A stretch of 63,996 nt of DNA, filler included, from Asterionella formosa (Eukaryota): NCBI GenBank assembly GCA_002256025.1. It is 14 parts of 14 records of this genome, joined end to end, with 100 filler letters (N's around TTAATTAATTAA, not from the genome) between each part and the next. Parts side by side here need not be neighbours in the genome. Positions count along the whole stretch, not along the records: positions 59,611 to 61,013 come from NKIB01002605.1; positions 61,114 to 62,515 come from NKIB01002606.1; positions 62,616 to 63,996 come from NKIB01002685.1; 11 more parts are not named here. One strand, written 5' to 3'. Of the stretch, positions 59,611-63,996 are shown piece by piece. Each line of letters begins with the position of its first letter. The stretch's first letter is position 1. Made by a program: the position numbers and the translations under genes. The notes under the pieces were generated by a model. It saw nothing but the letters and a program-made list of their open reading frames with translations, did not search any database and was not told where the DNA came from.

Positions 59611-61013
59611 TCAAAACCCTGGGGAAGGTTCATGTAAATAACAACATCAAGATCGGCTTGAGGAAAAGCTAAGACAAAATCAACCTGACGGGTATGGAGA
59701 TTTTCAATGGAAGCAATGATAAGAAGAAGGCGAACAGTGGCCCACTGGACAACAGGAGAATAGGTATCCCAGTAGTTCAATTCGAAAACTTGGCGATGGC
59801 CACCAGCACAGAGACGAGCTTTATGTTTGACAAGGGAGCCATCAGGGCGAATCTTTCGTTTCATGGACCAGACAGCGGGGATAGGGGTGTGGTGTTTTGG
59901 CATGGTGGAGCGAGGTACTTTAAGCCAATGACCACGAGCCTCATGTTCTCGGACTTCATGATCGGCTGCCCGTAAGAAATCAATAGCGTCGGGTTCAGCA
60001 AGAGCCTGGGTGAAGGTGAGAGACTCAGAGTTGGGAGTAGACACAAGGAAGGTAAAAGGGTGTAGAAAATTGATGGTACTGTCAAGATTATCGTAGAGAC
60101 GTTCAACAGAAGTAAGAGCAAGGGAGGCACAATTGAGTGGATAGGAAAGGAAAGCAGCCAGACCAAAGAAACGTCGAGTGGAAGTGTGTTCTTGTTGACG
60201 TAAAGAAGGGAGCCGGATGCGACCATAGCGAGAAGTAGAAGGAGGATCCACAGGAGGAGCAAAATGAGCTCCCTCGGAGGTGGTGATGGGAGCGCCAACA
60301 GTAGGAGGAGCAGGAGGAGCGGCGCCATCAAAAGGGGCGGGATGAGCTCCCTTGGGAGGGACGAGGAAAGCTCCCTCGGAAGCGGCGATTTGAGCATCAA
60401 CAGCAGGAGGAGCTGCTCCCTTGGGAGGGATGGTGATGGGATCCAAAAGGGGAGCAGGGGGATCGGCGGGGACCGCCAGAAAAGGTACCGGAAAAGGAGA
60501 TAATTGGGAAGGATTAGGTTTGGTAAGAAAATAGCGAGGACCAATATCGACAATAGGCTGCCATGCAATACGTTGTGTAGAGTCGAAGGTAGTAGAAGGG
60601 GGACCAAGTGTAGGGTCGAAGAGTTCATCGGGATCAACAAGACGGACATGACGTTGGGCGTAAAGGTCAGCCCAATGATTAGGGACTTCTTGACGGGTCA
60701 GCGATTCCACAAGAGAAAAATCGTCATCGAAAACGACGTGGAAAGGGGTAGTGACATGACCTGTAGCGAGATTAAGAACCAAAGGGACACTAGATGCATG
60801 GTACTTGGAACTCCCAAGGTATACACCCACCCAGCAGCGTTGTTCCCAGCGAGGTATACTATTGCCGGAGGAGTGCAGGCGATCATCGAGGACAACGACA
60901 GGGCAGCCAAATGGATGGTAGTGGGAAAATGAAGGCAACACATCAGAGAGTGAAAGGCGCTGGAGGTAGCACGGACCATCAGAACGTGGTTGAAGATTAC
61001 AGAGATCATTAGC
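59611..61013 (-). mobile_element. CoDi-like copia integrase C-terminus, Pro-rich linker and RT N-terminus
   Basis: HPFGCPV, GVYLG.S..HASSV, TGHV...FHVVFDDDF; RT WSMKRK, KARLCAGG, DTYSPVV.W, DFVLAFPQA; IN-before-RT order. Confidence 0.93.
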
Positions 61014-61327
61014 NNNNNNNNNNNNNNNNNNNNNNNNNNNNNNNNNNNNNNNNNNNNTTAATTAATTAANNNNNNNNNNNNNNNNNNNNNNNNNNNNNNN
61101 NNNNNNNNNNNNNTTGAATTCAAAGTGAATTATCTAACTAGAAGTAGTAGTATTTGTTGAATATATGAGCTTATTAATTAATCCTTATGTACAACTCGTT
61201 TCCTAAACTGACATCAAAGTATACAATGGGTGTTAGTCGAATTCTCTCATTTTTGAATTCCGATATATTTGATATATCCCTTACCCTATATACATCTTGT
61301 ACGATGCGGAGGATTGCTCACCTGGCA

Positions 61328-62515
61328 CCACTTAAAAACTGTAAGCCACCGCTACGGCGACTTTTGAACTGTAAGCCACCGCTAAACGGAGTAAACGCAC
61401 GGTTTGAACTTAGTTTACAAGATACGCTATTTATTGTCACGAACGAGTTGTTCAGATTTATATAGCGAGTAAATACTTCCGTACTTGTATTGTTGCATTG
61501 TGTACATTGTTAATTAGGTATTATCGCTAAAAGGTTGCTGTCGACGTGAAATTGCGAAAATTGGATATTTTCACGTTTACTCGATTGAGCAAGCATCACA
61601 TTTTATATACGTATTCAGCTATGATAATATTCCTCCGCTAGAAAACTAATTTAGTATCCTCTAAAATTTATTTAATAGGGCTACGACCTCATTGCGCTTT
61701 CGCTCGTGCGCCATAATAACGAGATAATTCAGTAATGGAAAACGTCAAATAGGAATTCCTGGCGCGCCCGACTTATGAGTACAAAAATTAAATGCAAACA
61801 CACAACAATCACCCATCACCCATCACAACACCAACACCATGACCTCGAAAGCGCCTCGACAAGGCAATGCCCAACTCTTTGATTGCTGGTACTGAAACTA
61901 TGGCAAAGGTGAACAATTGGAGAGAAACAAATTGCATTCCATTCCAAATCAACAAAAAGCCTGAACTTGGGAAATCCTATTGGAAAGGATTTATGAAAAG
62001 AAATGCACAGTTAGTTACAGCAAAGAAGGGAGTAAAGTTTGAGAGCAAACGTGCAGATTGGTGTACATACCAGTCCTTCTTATCAATGTATAAAGAAGTC
62101 TATAAAGAAATGGTGGCTGGAGGAGTTGCAAGACAAAACCCAAGCAAACAATGGTACTCAAAAGAAGGGTTAGTAGTTGAGGAGCAGGAAGCATTTGGGT
62201 TAGCAAGTGAATATGAGCTAATCAGACCTGACCGACTCCTCTTTGTGGACGAAGTTGGTTCCAATACATCCCAAACAAAAGATGGCAACGTTGGTGGCGA
62301 AAAGTTTCTTTGCATTGCAGGTGGCCGTCCTCAAATCCGGGCCTCGACCAAAGATGCACACTTTACTGTCCTAGGATTCACTGCAGCTAATGGTCAACCA
62401 ATCATGTGCGCAATTATTTTTGCCGCAAAAGCCCTGGAAGACGAATGGGTGCTTGGCCTAGATCCGTTTGCTGCTTGGGAAGGAGAAGATGAAAACATAC
62501 ATGGCAACAGCGGAA
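61328..62515 (+). mobile_element. pogo/Tigger-like (IS630-Tc1-mariner) DNA transposon 5' part; transposase fragment 61867 to contig end
   Basis: YWKGFMKRN (CENP-B-type HTH end), LFVDEVG, HFTVLGFTAANG.P.MCAIIF (DDE_1-like); terminus CCACTTAAAAACTG resembles the 29428 TIR; duplicated AACTGTAAGCCACCGCTA subterminal repeat. Confidence 0.8.
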
Positions 62516-62795
62516 NNNNNNNNNNNNNNNNNNNNNNNNNNNNNNNNNNNNNNNNNNNNTTAATTAATTAANNNNNNNNNNNNNNNNNNNNNNNNNNNNN
62601 NNNNNNNNNNNNNNNTATCTTAATTAATAACGGTACCTGGTACCAGTAGTCTACCATGTACCTGGTAAATTGTATGTACATACCGGTTGGAGGGTAGGAG
62701 TACCAAGTACCAGGTACCAGGTACCAGGTACGAAGTACGAGGTACGTAGTCTACCCTTAAGTCTACTGGATGGTACCGGTACCATGTACCTGGTA

Positions 62796-62943
62796 CCTGT
62801 GCAAGTTGCGGTAATTTTGCCGAAACTAAAGATTTATCATACCGGTAGCTATGTAGTTTTATCCCAGATGAAATTGTTTGTTTACCGGTACCTGGTACCT
62901 GGTACCTGGTACCTGGTAAGCAAAATGACCGCAACTTGCTTGG
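62796..62943. mobile_element. Second copy of the 96-nt MITE, expanded by TA-anchored insertions, within a TACC(W)GG-rich cluster (62632-63066)
   Basis: Inverted repeat GCAAGTTGCGGTAATTTTGC (62801-20) / GCAAAATGACCGCAACTTGC (62920-39); TA flanks; aligns to 31744-31839. Confidence 0.82.
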
Positions 62944-63409
62944 TATGCATGCACTGTAGACAAATACAGGTAAATATGCTTCTTGTTCGCGTCGAGTGTC
63001 GAAGGGCCATGTCCCGGTATGTATGATACCAGTACCAGGTACCTGGTACCAGTAGTCTACCAGGTAGTGTGTCGTTCGTATGTATGAGGTGGTAAGAGAG
63101 ATGATGGTGAAGAAAGGTTTTAGAGTCAGGTTCCACAGTACGTATTTTGTACATTGTATACCTAGGGCGGTCGTTTTGAGAAAAGGTTCATGAAGGACAT
63201 TGTCAGTACATGCGAGATGTGTAGAAGTACCATCTTAAAGTTATGGATACAATAGACAATAGTCCAGCCAAATGTTTCGTCGTATAATATTGTATTACAT
63301 TTGTAGTGATTTGCAGTACGGGCCTGCCTACTGTTGTGAAGACTGAAACTGAAACTGAAACTGAAACCAAAACCGCATGCTAACTCTAGCATTCGTGCTC
63401 ACTCGTAAA

Positions 63410-63996
63410 ACGGTGGGTTATAGGGAGTATCGTGCTGCATTTTCTTGCAGTGTGCCGCATACCTTGCCGTAGTGAAAACTCGGCAGAAAGACCGCGTGGT
63501 TGCCTGTAGAGTCACAAGAACAACGGCGGTTGCAACAGCACAGCTGTCAGGTACACATAGTACATTGGCATGTAGCTCCTACGGGCAAGCGATGAAAGTA
63601 GTGATTCCAACTACTGTAATATACTCACTGCCTGATCAAGGACGGGGTCACACAAAACCTCGTGGGGAGTAATCCCCCTTTGTGTGATAGACTGGGACTA
63701 CCTCCAGGTTTAGGTCTATCGGGTACGAAGCAATATGGAGGGACTGCATCTATACGTACGTTGTGATGTGGGTAGCAGGAGTCGTACGGCGAATGCGATG
63801 CTGCAGGAGCATAATAAACCTGCACGGATCCATGCACCAACCGGGAGTAACGCACCCGGAGGGTACGGGAAGCTATTTTCCAGCAGCAATGGACCACCAG
63901 ACCCTTATGGAAGAGGCCTAGAGTAATCTAGATCCTGACTGGCTCTCTGTGTAGGGAACGAACCTATAACCCGGTTAGTTCCCGAGGGGATTGCCT
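63410..63996 (+). ncRNA. Candidate large structured RNA, probably a retrotransposon 5' leader
   Basis: Dense hairpins with GAAA, UACG, GUAA (x2) and GGAA tetraloops on the + strand; 3' part homologous to the leader of the gag at 54562. Confidence 0.6.

Overview
Eukaryotic nuclear DNA, most likely a diatom (inferred from short GT-AG introns, bipartite plastid-targeting presequences, a single-domain EukCatA-type channel, and CoDi-like copia and Crypton elements). The window is not contiguous: 13 artificial 100-nt linkers (N44-TTAATTAATTAA-N44) join two ~23 kb gene-rich contigs (1-22936, 23037-45964) and twelve ~1.4 kb, mostly transposon-derived contigs, so adjacency across linkers means nothing. 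Host genes include an S41 peptidase, alpha/beta hydrolase, DnaJ protein, SGNH/PC-esterase-like protein, GH5 glucanase, three paralogous Cys/His-rich surface proteins, EukCatA channel, JmjC protein, HSF, class 3 lipase, AlkB-like dioxygenase and DPH2. Two unexpected signals stand out. (1) A pervasive TA-CC(W)GG-TA / TA-C-TA motif family; comparison of homologous copies inside the window shows it arises as insertions at TA dinucleotides, matching excision footprints of resident TA-targeting elements with CCA...TGG ends, and it apparently seeds (TACCTGG)n arrays. (2) A long hairpin- and tetraloop-rich RNA region conserved between two contigs, lying upstream of a copia gag, with covariation, a candidate conserved uORF and a 3' splice site abutting the gag ATG. 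All alignments, counts and folds were done by eye, with no database searches.
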